DNA from: a virus
Taxonomy: Duplodnaviria > Caudoviricetes
Virus record (IMG/VR): IMGVR_UViG_3300030493_000026
Coordinates: 1 to 44,691 of that record
Length of the DNA: 44,691 nucleotides
Strand: one strand, 5' to 3'
A program made the position numbers and the translations under genes. Below, in pieces: positions 36,418-44,691 of this stretch. Position 1 is the stretch's first letter; every line of letters begins with the position of its first letter. The notes under the pieces are model-generated. The model ran no database searches. It had not been told where the DNA came from and was given only the letters and a program-made list of their open reading frames with translations.

Positions 36418-37121
36418 CAATCGCAATGAACCTAAAAACAGGCGAGATAGCGGATGGCAATGGCAAGTCTGTGCATATTGGCAAGAATTGCGACACGCTG
36501 TATTGCAAGACTTGCAAGATAGCCTTCGGCCCTGCTGGATACCGTATACCTTGCTTTAAATGCGGCGGTGAAACTTGGCCTATCATGTTTATCGACACCA
36601 TTCCGTATCTCTTGATCAAATCCACAAATCAGAACGATAGATGGATGATGGAGTTGCAAGCCTTGGGTGAGGCTCTAGAGATTATCACGGCTGCATGTGG
36701 ATGGATTAATACTGGTATCAAGCCAAATCTCGGTGGTCGCATGACGATGCTAGGAACGTATATAGACGATGAGTCCAGATACCATCCGCTACCCGGTATC
36801 AAAACCAGCGATGATGGCATGAAGTTTGATAACCCATATTTGTATCAACCACCGAAGCCCGTACCGCCATTCGGGGGCTGGACATTTGACGGCCATGCGG
36901 GAGGGGTGCCGAGGGCGGAAGTCGATACCTACGGCATGATGCTGAACAAAAATACAGGTGAATGCACTAGGCTCTACAACGGAAAGCCAGTCGAGTCTAG
37001 GCCGTTCAAGCCTGAGCCGTCACCGATGCTAGACAACGTGATGGAAGATGGTTCCGTGTTGATTAAAAAAGAAAACGTGCCGAAAAGATTGTGTAAGAAA
37101 GTCTTTGGAATAAAGGAGTAA
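36414..37121 (+). CDS. Hypothetical protein with an N-terminal zinc ribbon
   Basis: CKTC...CFKC; operon-packed. Confidence 0.65.
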   Translation: MTIAMNLKTGEIADGNGKSVHIGKNCDTLYCKTCKIAFGPAGYRIPCFKCGGETWPIMFIDTIPYLLIKSTNQNDRWMMELQALGEALEIITAACGWINTGIKPNLGGRMTMLGTYIDDESRYHPLPGIKTSDDGMKFDNPYLYQPPKPVPPFGGWTFDGHAGGVPRAEVDTYGMMLNKNTGECTRLYNGKPVESRPFKPEPSPMLDNVMEDGSVLIKKENVPKRLCKKVFGIKE

Positions 37122-37123
37122 AC

Positions 37124-37444
37124 ATGAAACACACAAAAGAGCCGTGGGAAGCTAGAAGAGATAGGTGGCATTATGCTTCACTGTCATCTATATTTGCAAA
37201 AGGAGACTACACAAGCATTGCAGAACTTGGTGGTAAACCATTGGAAGAGGTGGAAGCCAACGCCAAACGCATTGTTCTATGTGTGAACGCTTGCACTGGA
37301 ATCACCAACGAGGCGCTGGAGGAAAATATCATCAAGCACGCTATGGCAGACTTTATGCAGGACTCGAATCATTTTGGGGAGACTCCTGTGTTTTACGACT
37401 TGCCGCTTATGACCGATGAGGAACTGGAAGGGAGGAAGGGATGA
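37124..37444 (+). CDS. MKHT.PW...ANA.RIV.CVNAC family phage protein
   Basis: AAGGAG RBS; recognisable phage accessory motif. Confidence 0.75.
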   Translation: MKHTKEPWEARRDRWHYASLSSIFAKGDYTSIAELGGKPLEEVEANAKRIVLCVNACTGITNEALEENIIKHAMADFMQDSNHFGETPVFYDLPLMTDEELEGRKG

Positions 37445-37788
37445 AAAATTATGAAATAGGCTACCAATTTGTAGAAAGTGTTACCGTTGATTACGAAAAC
37501 GAAATTGAGGAAATGCACTTGATGGAGGTGATAGAAATTGATGGTGATTATAAATTCAGGGCAAAAGATTTAGGTAGGGTTGATGAAAATGGTTGCTTAC
37601 CGACACCGTGGGATAAAAACTTGTACCCATAAATACATCACGAAGAAGATGTCGAACGCTTTGAGGATGATGAGTGGGTGGAAAAGAAAGACGAATGGAA
37701 TGTGTATATTGATAAACCAGTGCTTGTGTGCACTGACGGGTATCCAACAAAGCAACAGGCAATCGATGCGTGGAATAGGAGGGCGTAG
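37441..37788 (+). pseudogene. Lar-like paralog interrupted by an in-frame TAA at 37630-37632
   Basis: The frame continues IHHEED...AIDAWNRRA to TAG at 37788; aligns by eye with 27772-28101. Confidence 0.7.
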
Positions 37789-37790
37789 GA

Positions 37791-37985
37791 ATGGAATACG
37801 ATTCACCAGAACAGGTCGAATCTGCCAGACTTCAGGTAGACGATAAAAAACCTTGGAAATCAAGGCATCACTCAAGATATCGTAGTTTTTTGAAAAAGTG
37901 CGCGAATAAGCACGAGAGGCAAAGATCAAAAAAAGATATCGAGGGAACGAATGAATTAAAAAAATATCGCGGATATGAATTATAG
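37791..37985 (+). CDS. Small basic hypothetical protein
   Basis: Operon-packed; GGAGG upstream. Confidence 0.5.
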   Translation: MEYDSPEQVESARLQVDDKKPWKSRHHSRYRSFLKKCANKHERQRSKKDIEGTNELKKYRGYEL

Positions 37986-37996
37986 GAGATTCTAGT

Positions 37997-38404
37997 ATGA
38001 ACGAACTCATGAAACGGTATGAGAGGGAAACGGGTGAAAGCGCAATAATCGCATTGAGCGATAGTGGAAAAAATGTCTACAGACCAGCGTTCACCGCATG
38101 GCTTGCAAAGCAACTCACCACCATTCCCGCCACCGAACGCTTGCCGGACAAAGACCAAGAAGTCCTAGCACACTATAAAAGCCGCTATGGCAGAGAGTGC
38201 GTTGTCCGTGCTGAGTACTTCCGTAAGTTCCAAGAAGTGGCATCAGACGATTGCGAGCCTGAAGATTGCGACTATGACGAGGCTAAGGATGAGTACTACG
38301 TGACAGAAGGCTGGTACGAGTTGATCGACAACTGGGGCGACTATTCGTCAGTGAGGATTGTCGAGGGCGCGGTTGATAGCTGGCTGCCGATGCCGAAGAT
38401 GTAA
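37997..38404 (+). CDS. DUF551-like phage protein
   Basis: IPATERLP...EVL...V.SWLPMP. Confidence 0.8.
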   Translation: MNELMKRYERETGESAIIALSDSGKNVYRPAFTAWLAKQLTTIPATERLPDKDQEVLAHYKSRYGRECVVRAEYFRKFQEVASDDCEPEDCDYDEAKDEYYVTEGWYELIDNWGDYSSVRIVEGAVDSWLPMPKM

Positions 38405-38405
38405 A

Positions 38406-38431
38406 ACCCCCGAGGGAATGAATCTCGGGGG
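38406..38431. terminator. Hairpin at the end of the rightward accessory run
   Basis: CCCCCGAG/CTCGGGGG stem; an A run on its left gives a U tail for leftward transcripts. Confidence 0.5.
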
Positions 38432-38488
38432 AAAGGAGGTGAACGCACTCGCAAGAAGGATGATTAATAGTAACTTACCAAAGGATGG

Positions 38489-38782
38489 TTGTCAATGGGA
38501 GATATGGGGATTTTATTATTGCTGTCGGATGTGCTGGCTCTGCTTGCTTTGTATTGGGCGAAAGTACATTGCATACGCACCAGACGGCTTGCGTTGGCTG
38601 GCGTGGCCTTCTCGTTGCTGTACGTGGCGATCTCGCTTGGGACGTTCCGTGTCGCGCTGGTGGTGAAAGGGTACACGCTGTTCTCGCTGTACGTGAATCT
38701 TCTATTATGGTTTGCGGTAGCGACCATCTATCTGTTCCGGTTGATAAAGAAAGCCTCCCGATTAGGGGAGGCTGTTCTGTAA
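38489..38782 (+). CDS. Small three-helix membrane protein
   Basis: Three hydrophobic segments; convergent with the lysis-region genes. Confidence 0.55.
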   Translation: MSMGDMGILLLLSDVLALLALYWAKVHCIRTRRLALAGVAFSLLYVAISLGTFRVALVVKGYTLFSLYVNLLLWFAVATIYLFRLIKKASRLGEAVL

Positions 38783-38796
38783 TCGATTAGAGAACG

Positions 38797-39360
38797 TTAG
38801 AATGAGAACTGCAATCCGGTCTTGAAATTCAGGTCGTTTATAGTAGGCGCGATAGGCCACCATGTCGCAGGCTGGAACCCGACTCCCATAGTGAGTGTCC
38901 ATTTTTTATATGTAGCCCCTACGGTAGCCTCAGCGCCGATTTGTCCGGTTGATGGCGTGTATGTACCACCAAGTCCCACAAGTCCGCCCCAGTCGCTTTT
39001 CTGGTTCTTCTCAAGCCGCGCCACTTCCGCAACCAACCTATCGTATTCCCCTTTCAAGGTTTTGTACGAGGCTTCGGATACTGGCAAGAGTGCTTTTACT
39101 ATCGACAGCTCCTTGGATAAGCTCGCTATGGTCGCGTTGGAGTTGCTCAACATCTGCTCCTGCTCGGTCAACTGATTCTCCAATTGATCGATTAACAAGT
39201 TCAGTTGCTCCATGGTCGATGAATCCACTGTCTCCGTTTTTGCTTTTGTCCCAGAGAAGAAAGGCCAAGACGCTGCCAGAGGCGACAGCACCAGCACCAA
39301 AAGAAGCGACATCGCGACGATTTTTCCATAGCCACGAGAGTATTTTCCCCACATGAACAC
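38797..39360 (-). CDS. Exported coiled-coil protein with a C-terminal beta-strand anchor (spanin-like role possible)
   Basis: Signal peptide, heptad region, four Gly-rich amphipathic strands, terminal LQFSF. Confidence 0.6.
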   Translation of the reverse strand: MFMWGKYSRGYGKIVAMSLLLVLVLSPLAASWPFFSGTKAKTETVDSSTMEQLNLLIDQLENQLTEQEQMLSNSNATIASLSKELSIVKALLPVSEASYKTLKGEYDRLVAEVARLEKNQKSDWGGLVGLGGTYTPSTGQIGAEATVGATYKKWTLTMGVGFQPATWWPIAPTINDLNFKTGLQFSF

Positions 39361-39363
39361 CTC

Positions 39364-40044
39364 CTATTCAGCCAACAAGGTCTGAAAGTATACTGGAATA
39401 GATTTACGAAGCGCGATAATGCTCTCCGTAACCGGACGTACCACCTGTAGTTCCTCATGTGTCAGAGCCTCGGAGCCCACGACAGCAAGAGGTCTGGAAA
39501 AATCCAGAGCACCACCAAGAACATCGCCAGAAAGATGATATCTAAGATTGAGATCGAGTAGTTTCTTTTTTTCCTCGGGGTCTTTCTCTTTGACAATCTT
39601 TCGAGCAATTCCTTGCCACCATCGTTGCATATCCGCTCTTTGTCGCTGGATGTTAAGTTCAGCTCTCTCATCATCCGAACGGAGCGAACGTGGATAGGAA
39701 GTAGCGAACCAAACAGTCCCCAGCACCACAAGAAGAAACGTGCAGGCCAGACGCACCCACATCGCTCTCATGCTCTCGGCTATAAACGCCTCGGCAAACA
39801 TCAGATTCGCTGTCCATATCAGCCCGATTCCCGCGTAGTACTGCCAAGTCTGCTTAGACCTAGTGTCTTTGAACAACCCCTTTCGGCATATATCCTCGTA
39901 CAGCAGATTGATTATCGAGTATATCAATAGGATGGTTGCCAAATCCACCATGACGGATATATTAAACTTGTGCAGGTATCCGTAGATGCCGAGCGTCAAG
40001 AATGACAGAAACGTCACCGCTAGGTTTTTTTGAAAGCTTTTCAT
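39364..40044 (-). CDS. Membrane protein (four TM segments plus soluble C-terminus)
   Basis: Hydrophobicity pattern; coupled to the holin gene. Confidence 0.65.
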   Translation of the reverse strand: MKSFQKNLAVTFLSFLTLGIYGYLHKFNISVMVDLATILLIYSIINLLYEDICRKGLFKDTRSKQTWQYYAGIGLIWTANLMFAEAFIAESMRAMWVRLACTFLLVVLGTVWFATSYPRSLRSDDERAELNIQRQRADMQRWWQGIARKIVKEKDPEEKKKLLDLNLRYHLSGDVLGGALDFSRPLAVVGSEALTHEELQVVRPVTESIIALRKSIPVYFQTLLAE

Positions 40045-40337
40045 GCTCCCTCCTTTTTCTTAATCCCGTATCGGTAGAGTCCATAGATGAGATCCCAGCC
40101 ATATACCGCTATGGCCGTGACCACCGTTCCGTGGACAACGCCGTACATCACGAACGCCCGTACCGCCCTCCCTGTTCCCAACACAAGGCCGTATCCCCAA
40201 ATCGTGGATGCGATACACGCCACCACGAACAGAATCAGCGGGAGCAGTTCATTGCTTACCGGAGTCCTGTATTTGAGGATACCACCTAGGATGTTCAAAA
40301 ACAAGGCAAGGACGATAAATTCAGGTCTGATTTCCAT
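40041..40337 (-). CDS. Holin
   Basis: 98 aa, three TM segments, LG.ILK....NELLPLIL...G....AIAVYG, basic C-terminus. Confidence 0.75.
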   Translation of the reverse strand: MEIRPEFIVLALFLNILGGILKYRTPVSNELLPLILFVVACIASTIWGYGLVLGTGRAVRAFVMYGVVHGTVVTAIAVYGWDLIYGLYRYGIKKKEGA

Positions 40338-40382
40338 ATCCTTTCCTCTTTTGAGAGAATCGCCCCGCCCGACTCGGGGAAG

Positions 40383-40607
40383 TCATGCCAAGAACATATC
40401 CAATAAAAACCTCAGCAGGTTCACCGCACCCAGTACAATCGAGCCTCCGAGAGTGGCTTTCGAAAGCCTCCCCATTCGGACAACGGGTTTTATGTAGGAC
40501 TTATCCTGCTTGTGTATGAAAAACATCCTGATCGTTTCATCCTGAAGCGACACGCGGGTTTCCAATGCAAGGATTCTGTCCTCTAACAACCTCATCTGTT
40601 CTTCCAT
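40383..40607 (-). CDS. XhlA-like coiled-coil plus TM small protein
   Basis: LEDRILALETRV coil followed by a C-terminal hydrophobic helix. Confidence 0.5.
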   Translation of the reverse strand: MEEQMRLLEDRILALETRVSLQDETIRMFFIHKQDKSYIKPVVRMGRLSKATLGGSIVLGAVNLLRFLLDMFLA

Positions 40608-40855
40608 AGCTCCCCCGTAAGGTAATGCAATCCGACCGCAAGTCCTACTCCCAAAGCGTCATAACCCAAGTCAGCCCAATCCCATCCCGTACCACCGTTT
40701 CGGTTGTCGTGTATCTCTTTTCCTAGGCCAATGCCAAGTGTGACTGTGGCTTCGCCGATGAGCAATGGCTTTGAATTGGAAAACTGGAACGGTATGCATA
40801 GTAGCGATGCTATGATGAACGACACCGCCATATGCTTGAATAGGTCGTCTCTCAC
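40592..40855 (-). CDS. YfiM/DUF2279-like membrane protein
   Basis: D..KH...SF...IGLGKEIHD...GWDWADL.YDALG. Confidence 0.7.
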   Translation of the reverse strand: MRDDLFKHMAVSFIIASLLCIPFQFSNSKPLLIGEATVTLGIGLGKEIHDNRNGGTGWDWADLGYDALGVGLAVGLHYLTGELWKNR

Positions 40856-40870
40856 TTTTCACTCACCACG

Positions 40871-41230
40871 TCACATCGCCCCTCTCACCGCATCCCTCAG
40901 CGATTCCCGACTCTCGACCAAGCCTTGTGCAACAAGCAACTTCTCCATCGCCTTGATGATTTTGTAATCGGTGTCGGCTAGAACCTTCTGCGCCCTCTGA
41001 GCCTCAGCTTTGGCCACCACCACCGCCCATTTTGCTTTCTCAACCGCAAGCAGGGAATCGAACTGCGCCTCGACCTCGGCTTGCGTGAGTGCCGTGTGCA
41101 TGATGAAGAGTTCGCCCTCGTACTCGGTGTGGTCTTCTCGCTGTACCTCTCGCAGATTGTCGTAAAGATGGAGTGTCCCATCGGGAAAGAGAGTAAATTT
41201 GTCGTTGTCTGATTTAGAATTTATAGTCAT
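40871..41230 (-). CDS. Tail-fibre assembly chaperone-like protein
   Basis: LADTDYKIIK...RESLRD motif; follows the receptor-binding gene. Confidence 0.65.
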   Translation of the reverse strand: MTINSKSDNDKFTLFPDGTLHLYDNLREVQREDHTEYEGELFIMHTALTQAEVEAQFDSLLAVEKAKWAVVVAKAEAQRAQKVLADTDYKIIKAMEKLLVAQGLVESRESLRDAVRGAM

Positions 41231-41245
41231 GATACCTCCAATAAT

Positions 41246-42937
41246 TTATGCGATGAGCCGACCGCCAATGCCGATGTTCGTGTACGCAGGAGAATAGTTA
41301 CCATTCCAACAGAAGGGCGAAACATGCGCACCAATGTTCCAGTAGCCACCAAAGAGGACAGACCGGATTCCCATGTAACTGCTATTGAAGTAATACGTAT
41401 ACGCTCCCCACCATGTCGTAGACCCAGCACCTCCTCCCGTAGTTTCCGGTACACCAATCTCACCCAGCGGATGCCGGTACGTCTGCCTAGTCTTCAGATA
41501 TCCTTCAGTCAAATCCGGTGCTTTCCCAGTCGGTATCCAGCCAGCGACGCTGCGTGGGTCGTTGACGTTCATCTTAGTAATGTCTAGGCAGGAATAGAAT
41601 TGCATGTCGTATCTCGTGAGTCCCGACATGAACTGCCACATATTCCCCCAGAAGTCCCAAATTCCCCTGTAGCACACATGGCTCAGGTTTTCCGCGCCGA
41701 ATTGCAACACATAGCCGCTCTCGTTCTTGAGAGCCTGTAGCTGTGCCTCTGGTAGCGGCTGTCCCCATGTGGCGATGGTGCTTGATGTCGTGGTGGTGAA
41801 CACTGCACCGTCAACGGTTATCGTGTCGTTCGTTCCGTCATATTCTGATATTTCTGTGATATATCTGTTTGCCGCGAGTCCGTTTGCCGTATACGAAGTA
41901 CCAATCTGCACCATCATGCCGACCTTAAAATACGTGCTTCTGGTTTTCGCCATGATAAACGTATTCGCCGTGCTTGTCGCCACGGTACACACATTCAGCG
42001 CAGAGTACGAATTTGACATTCCATTGATGCCCTGCCCGATGAGTGTCTTGACATTATGTGAGCCGATTTCCACGCACATAAGCCTCGTCACGAGTTCAAA
42101 AGCTTGACTGTCCACATTGCTCCACCCCGTGCCTTTGTTTGTCGCATCGATTTGGAAGCCAGTGGTCGCATGGTACAGTGGATGATTGTATTTCGGCATG
42201 ACCCCGGCTTTGGAAAATGGCGTTGTCGATACATTGGACGTATGCACCGCACCGATGAGGCGGTATCTGTTCACGGAGCCGTCAGGCTTGATGAAGCCAA
42301 TCGGGAGATAGTCCTCGAATGGCGCATCGGACACCACCATGTACTCATATGTCGCATCTTCCCACTTCTTCGACCAGCACGTGGGAATCATGACCATTTC
42401 GTCAGCATCGGTTGTGTCCCAATTCGCATCGCCTATGACCGACAAAATGTTGCGTGAAGCATCGACCTTTACGGTTTTCATGTCTTTCCAAGGGAAAAGT
42501 GTGGAGAAATCACTCAGTGTACCAAGGGTGTCAACGTGCCGCCTGAAGGTCTTACCATACGCATCGTAGAGCCTCGTGAATGCTCCGGTGGTTTTGTTCA
42601 TCTTCAAGCCGTAGCGGTGGATACGGGAGGCTTCGAGGGCATTGAATCTATCGTCCACCAATTTTTCGCTTGGGTAGTGACCATCGTCCGGCGTTGCCTG
42701 CCATTCTGTCACTAGTCCAGCGGGTGATATAAAATCCCCCCCAGCCGTCCAAGCCTCCAATGCCGTGTCGTAGTAGTACCACTTGTTGTCTGCGGTGACC
42801 ACGTACACTCCGGTATGCGCGGGATCGTCAGCCTCCAATGCCACAAGTGTTTCATACACACCCTGTGGCCCGTAGGTGAGGTTGGTCGCTATGTTTTTCG
42901 CCTGCGTTGCGATTCCGAGAGAGATTACGTCAAGCAT
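41246..42937 (-). CDS. Mtd-like C-type-lectin-fold receptor-binding protein, allele B (DGR target type)
   Basis: YRGIWDFWGNMWQF motif and C-terminal VLFGGYWNIGAHVSPFCWNGNYSPAYTNIGIGGRL. Confidence 0.85.
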   Translation of the reverse strand: MLDVISLGIATQAKNIATNLTYGPQGVYETLVALEADDPAHTGVYVVTADNKWYYYDTALEAWTAGGDFISPAGLVTEWQATPDDGHYPSEKLVDDRFNALEASRIHRYGLKMNKTTGAFTRLYDAYGKTFRRHVDTLGTLSDFSTLFPWKDMKTVKVDASRNILSVIGDANWDTTDADEMVMIPTCWSKKWEDATYEYMVVSDAPFEDYLPIGFIKPDGSVNRYRLIGAVHTSNVSTTPFSKAGVMPKYNHPLYHATTGFQIDATNKGTGWSNVDSQAFELVTRLMCVEIGSHNVKTLIGQGINGMSNSYSALNVCTVATSTANTFIMAKTRSTYFKVGMMVQIGTSYTANGLAANRYITEISEYDGTNDTITVDGAVFTTTTSSTIATWGQPLPEAQLQALKNESGYVLQFGAENLSHVCYRGIWDFWGNMWQFMSGLTRYDMQFYSCLDITKMNVNDPRSVAGWIPTGKAPDLTEGYLKTRQTYRHPLGEIGVPETTGGGAGSTTWWGAYTYYFNSSYMGIRSVLFGGYWNIGAHVSPFCWNGNYSPAYTNIGIGGRLIA

Positions 42938-42946
42938 ATGCGCTCC

Positions 42947-43144
42947 TTATGCCAAAGCGGGGAAAGCCGCCTCGATGATTTTCGTCCACCCAGCGGCAAG
43001 CAACAGATAGATATCTCCCGTGTCGCCCTCTACGAACCGAGTCATGTTCGGCACATCGGTTGGTTTGGTTTCCGTTGATTCGCCCCAAATCTCCAATGGG
43101 TCGGTAATCGGGGTTGCGTTGTTAATCGGTGATTTCGGTGTCAT
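42947..43144 (-). CDS. Small tail-region protein (65 aa), allele B
   Basis: Near-identical to 1271-1468. Confidence 0.8.
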   Translation of the reverse strand: MTPKSPINNATPITDPLEIWGESTETKPTDVPNMTRFVEGDTGDIYLLLAAGWTKIIEAAFPALA

Positions 43145-43153
43145 ATCTTCCTC

Positions 43154-43522
43154 CTAGAATAAACTTCTGATATAGGTTTTCGCCTCTGCCTTGCCAGCGA
43201 AACACGCGACAACTATGTCCTGGTTGTCCCCCAGGTACTGCACGGCCTTTGCCGACATCTCGTCAACGGTCATGTGCTCAAAAAACGGCCTTGAGGTGTC
43301 TGGCATTCCAGCGGAAACATCACCGATGAGTTTGTAGCGCATCGTCTGGTAGAGCCGTGTCCTTTGCGCGCTGGCTGGCAATGAGGCAATCGATGCCGTG
43401 AAGTCCTCCCACTTTTGGGCGAGTGTGGGATTCACGTATCGGTCGTACTGCTCTTTTGTCAATTCCACGGCTTCGCCAATGGGGTCTCCTTCGTATACCA
43501 GTTCACCTGTTTTCCAATACAT
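43154..43522 (-). CDS. Putative tail-fibre chaperone, allele B
   Basis: Shares the TMRYKLIGDVSAG...IRSLF C-terminus with 1478-1897. Confidence 0.6.
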   Translation of the reverse strand: MYWKTGELVYEGDPIGEAVELTKEQYDRYVNPTLAQKWEDFTASIASLPASAQRTRLYQTMRYKLIGDVSAGMPDTSRPFFEHMTVDEMSAKAVQYLGDNQDIVVACFAGKAEAKTYIRSLF

Positions 43523-43523
43523 A

Positions 43524-44691
43524 TCAACCTCCGTAGGCGAGTAACACGCCTTCTTCCGCGCACATCAGTTTTGATGAGATGTTTCCGTCTGTTCCACCTG
43601 ATGAGTTTTTTCCATACACTTGAATCAAGTCACCTGAAACAAAGGCAATTGATTCTGAGAATGAGTTGGTTACATCACCATTTGCCGCACGTTCAGTCCC
43701 TACCGCGCTACCGTTTTTGTAAATACGTCCATTTACCAATACCCCAGCCACACCTGATACAGTCATGTAAATAGTATACGTGCCTGACCGCTTTATTTTG
43801 AACTCATTCACCTTTACATACGTGGAGTCTGTGACTGCAACTGAAGCGGCGACCATTATGACATAACTGCCAGCCGTCCGTGCCCCTTCAGAAGCGGTAA
43901 CAGTCAACGCGGTGAATGTGGGGGAGCTGGTGGTTTTCAGCTCTTGGTCGGTCTTGGCGGTGATAGCGTCCGCAACGGTTTTTTTGGTGGCGATATCAGC
44001 ATCGGCACTTGGCTCCGCTACTTGCGCCCGTCCGCTTGGGTCACGCACAATCAATCTGTCTGCGGTCGGAGCAGATACCGCGCCGTGAGGGTTCACCACC
44101 GCGTTATGTGTCGTGATAGTGCTTTTTAACGCCACATCGTCCTCTGCGCTCGGTGCGGCAAATTTCGCACGGCCCGAAGCATCACGGGTAACGACTCGTT
44201 CAGCGGTCGCCGCGCTCGTACCACCAAGTTGCAGGAAATTCTGCACAGCAACGATGATCGCTGTGGTCGCACCTGAAGGTATCAGCCCGATTGCCTTTTG
44301 GAACGCCTGCAAGTCTGCGGTTGCCAGTGCGGTCTTGAGGAATGCGGCTATAGCTGAGGTTGTTCCGGTCGGCACAAGTTCCAGATGCAGTTGTGCGGCG
44401 AGTGCGGTTTCCACGGCTAGCATGTTGGTCATGTAGGTGGTGATGGGGAGAAATGGCGTTGCGCTTGGCACGGCGTTTCCATTCGCATCGAACCCAAGTG
44501 CTTTGTTCGCTCGGTCTGTTTTGTTCGGTAGCACCAAGCTTGCCGCATCATCGGTGATGGGGATGGTGACGGTTCTGGCGATGCTTTCCGCAATCTGCTG
44601 AACATATCCTACTATGCGGTCGAACAGCGTTTCCAACACCTCAGCGTCCAGCATGGAGCCATTGGAGAAGTCCACATCGTTAAGGAATGCC
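43524..44691 (-). CDS. Tail fibre protein, allele B (5'-truncated by the window edge)
   Basis: Matches allele A up to DQELKTTS, then has a different C-terminal tip. Confidence 0.88.
   Translation of the reverse strand, partial: AFLNDVDFSNGSMLDAEVLETLFDRIVGYVQQIAESIARTVTIPITDDAASLVLPNKTDRANKALGFDANGNAVPSATPFLPITTYMTNMLAVETALAAQLHLELVPTGTTSAIAAFLKTALATADLQAFQKAIGLIPSGATTAIIVAVQNFLQLGGTSAATAERVVTRDASGRAKFAAPSAEDDVALKSTITTHNAVVNPHGAVSAPTADRLIVRDPSGRAQVAEPSADADIATKKTVADAITAKTDQELKTTSSPTFTALTVTASEGARTAGSYVIMVAASVAVTDSTYVKVNEFKIKRSGTYTIYMTVSGVAGVLVNGRIYKNGSAVGTERAANGDVTNSFSESIAFVSGDLIQVYGKNSSGGTDGNISSKLMCAEEGVLLAYGG

Larger units (their letters stand above)
41677..44691. repeat. Copy B of the ~3 kb diverged direct repeat
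   Basis: See copy A. The offset is 41676 on the left and 41684 on the right. Confidence 0.97.

Noticed and set aside
37630-37632. Genome-wide stop-codon reassignment
   Set aside because: Only one interrupted gene was seen; TAA, TAG and TGA all terminate well-defined genes.
1-44691. Complete DGR (RT, Avd, TR)
   Set aside because: No ORF with RT motifs and no second copy of the variable region were found. The A/B allele differences are not adenine-specific.
1-44691. CRISPR array or IS element
   Set aside because: No regularly spaced repeats or transposase motifs were seen.

Overview
The window is essentially one complete ~41.7 kb podovirus-type phage genome with a BPP-1/T7-like virion module, opened inside its tail-fibre region. 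Bases 1-3007 and 41677-44691 are two diverged alleles of the same ~3 kb receptor-binding segment. Their exact 127-bp and 99-bp end matches suggest an assembly bubble of a circular genome. The minus strand carries recombination and accessory genes (ERF, exonuclease, NinB-like, SSB-like, RusA, C5 methylase, HNH), terS, a large terminase split into ATPase and nuclease genes, portal, scaffold, capsid, cement, tail tubes, ejection proteins, tail fibre, an Mtd-like lectin-fold protein and a holin-containing membrane cluster. The plus strand carries an AT-rich cassette (GNAT-like/amino-methyltransferase fusion plus radical SAM) and a run of accessory genes. The most notable features are: the candidate DNA-modification cassette; a DGR-type variable region with no RT or template repeat in the window; a swapped fibre-tip/chaperone block; the split terminase; a hammerhead ribozyme; two C4/CI-like RNA switches; and an aberrant tRNA-like element. 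I recognise no integrase, polymerase, primase/helicase or endolysin. All family calls come from motif recognition by eye, not database searches.
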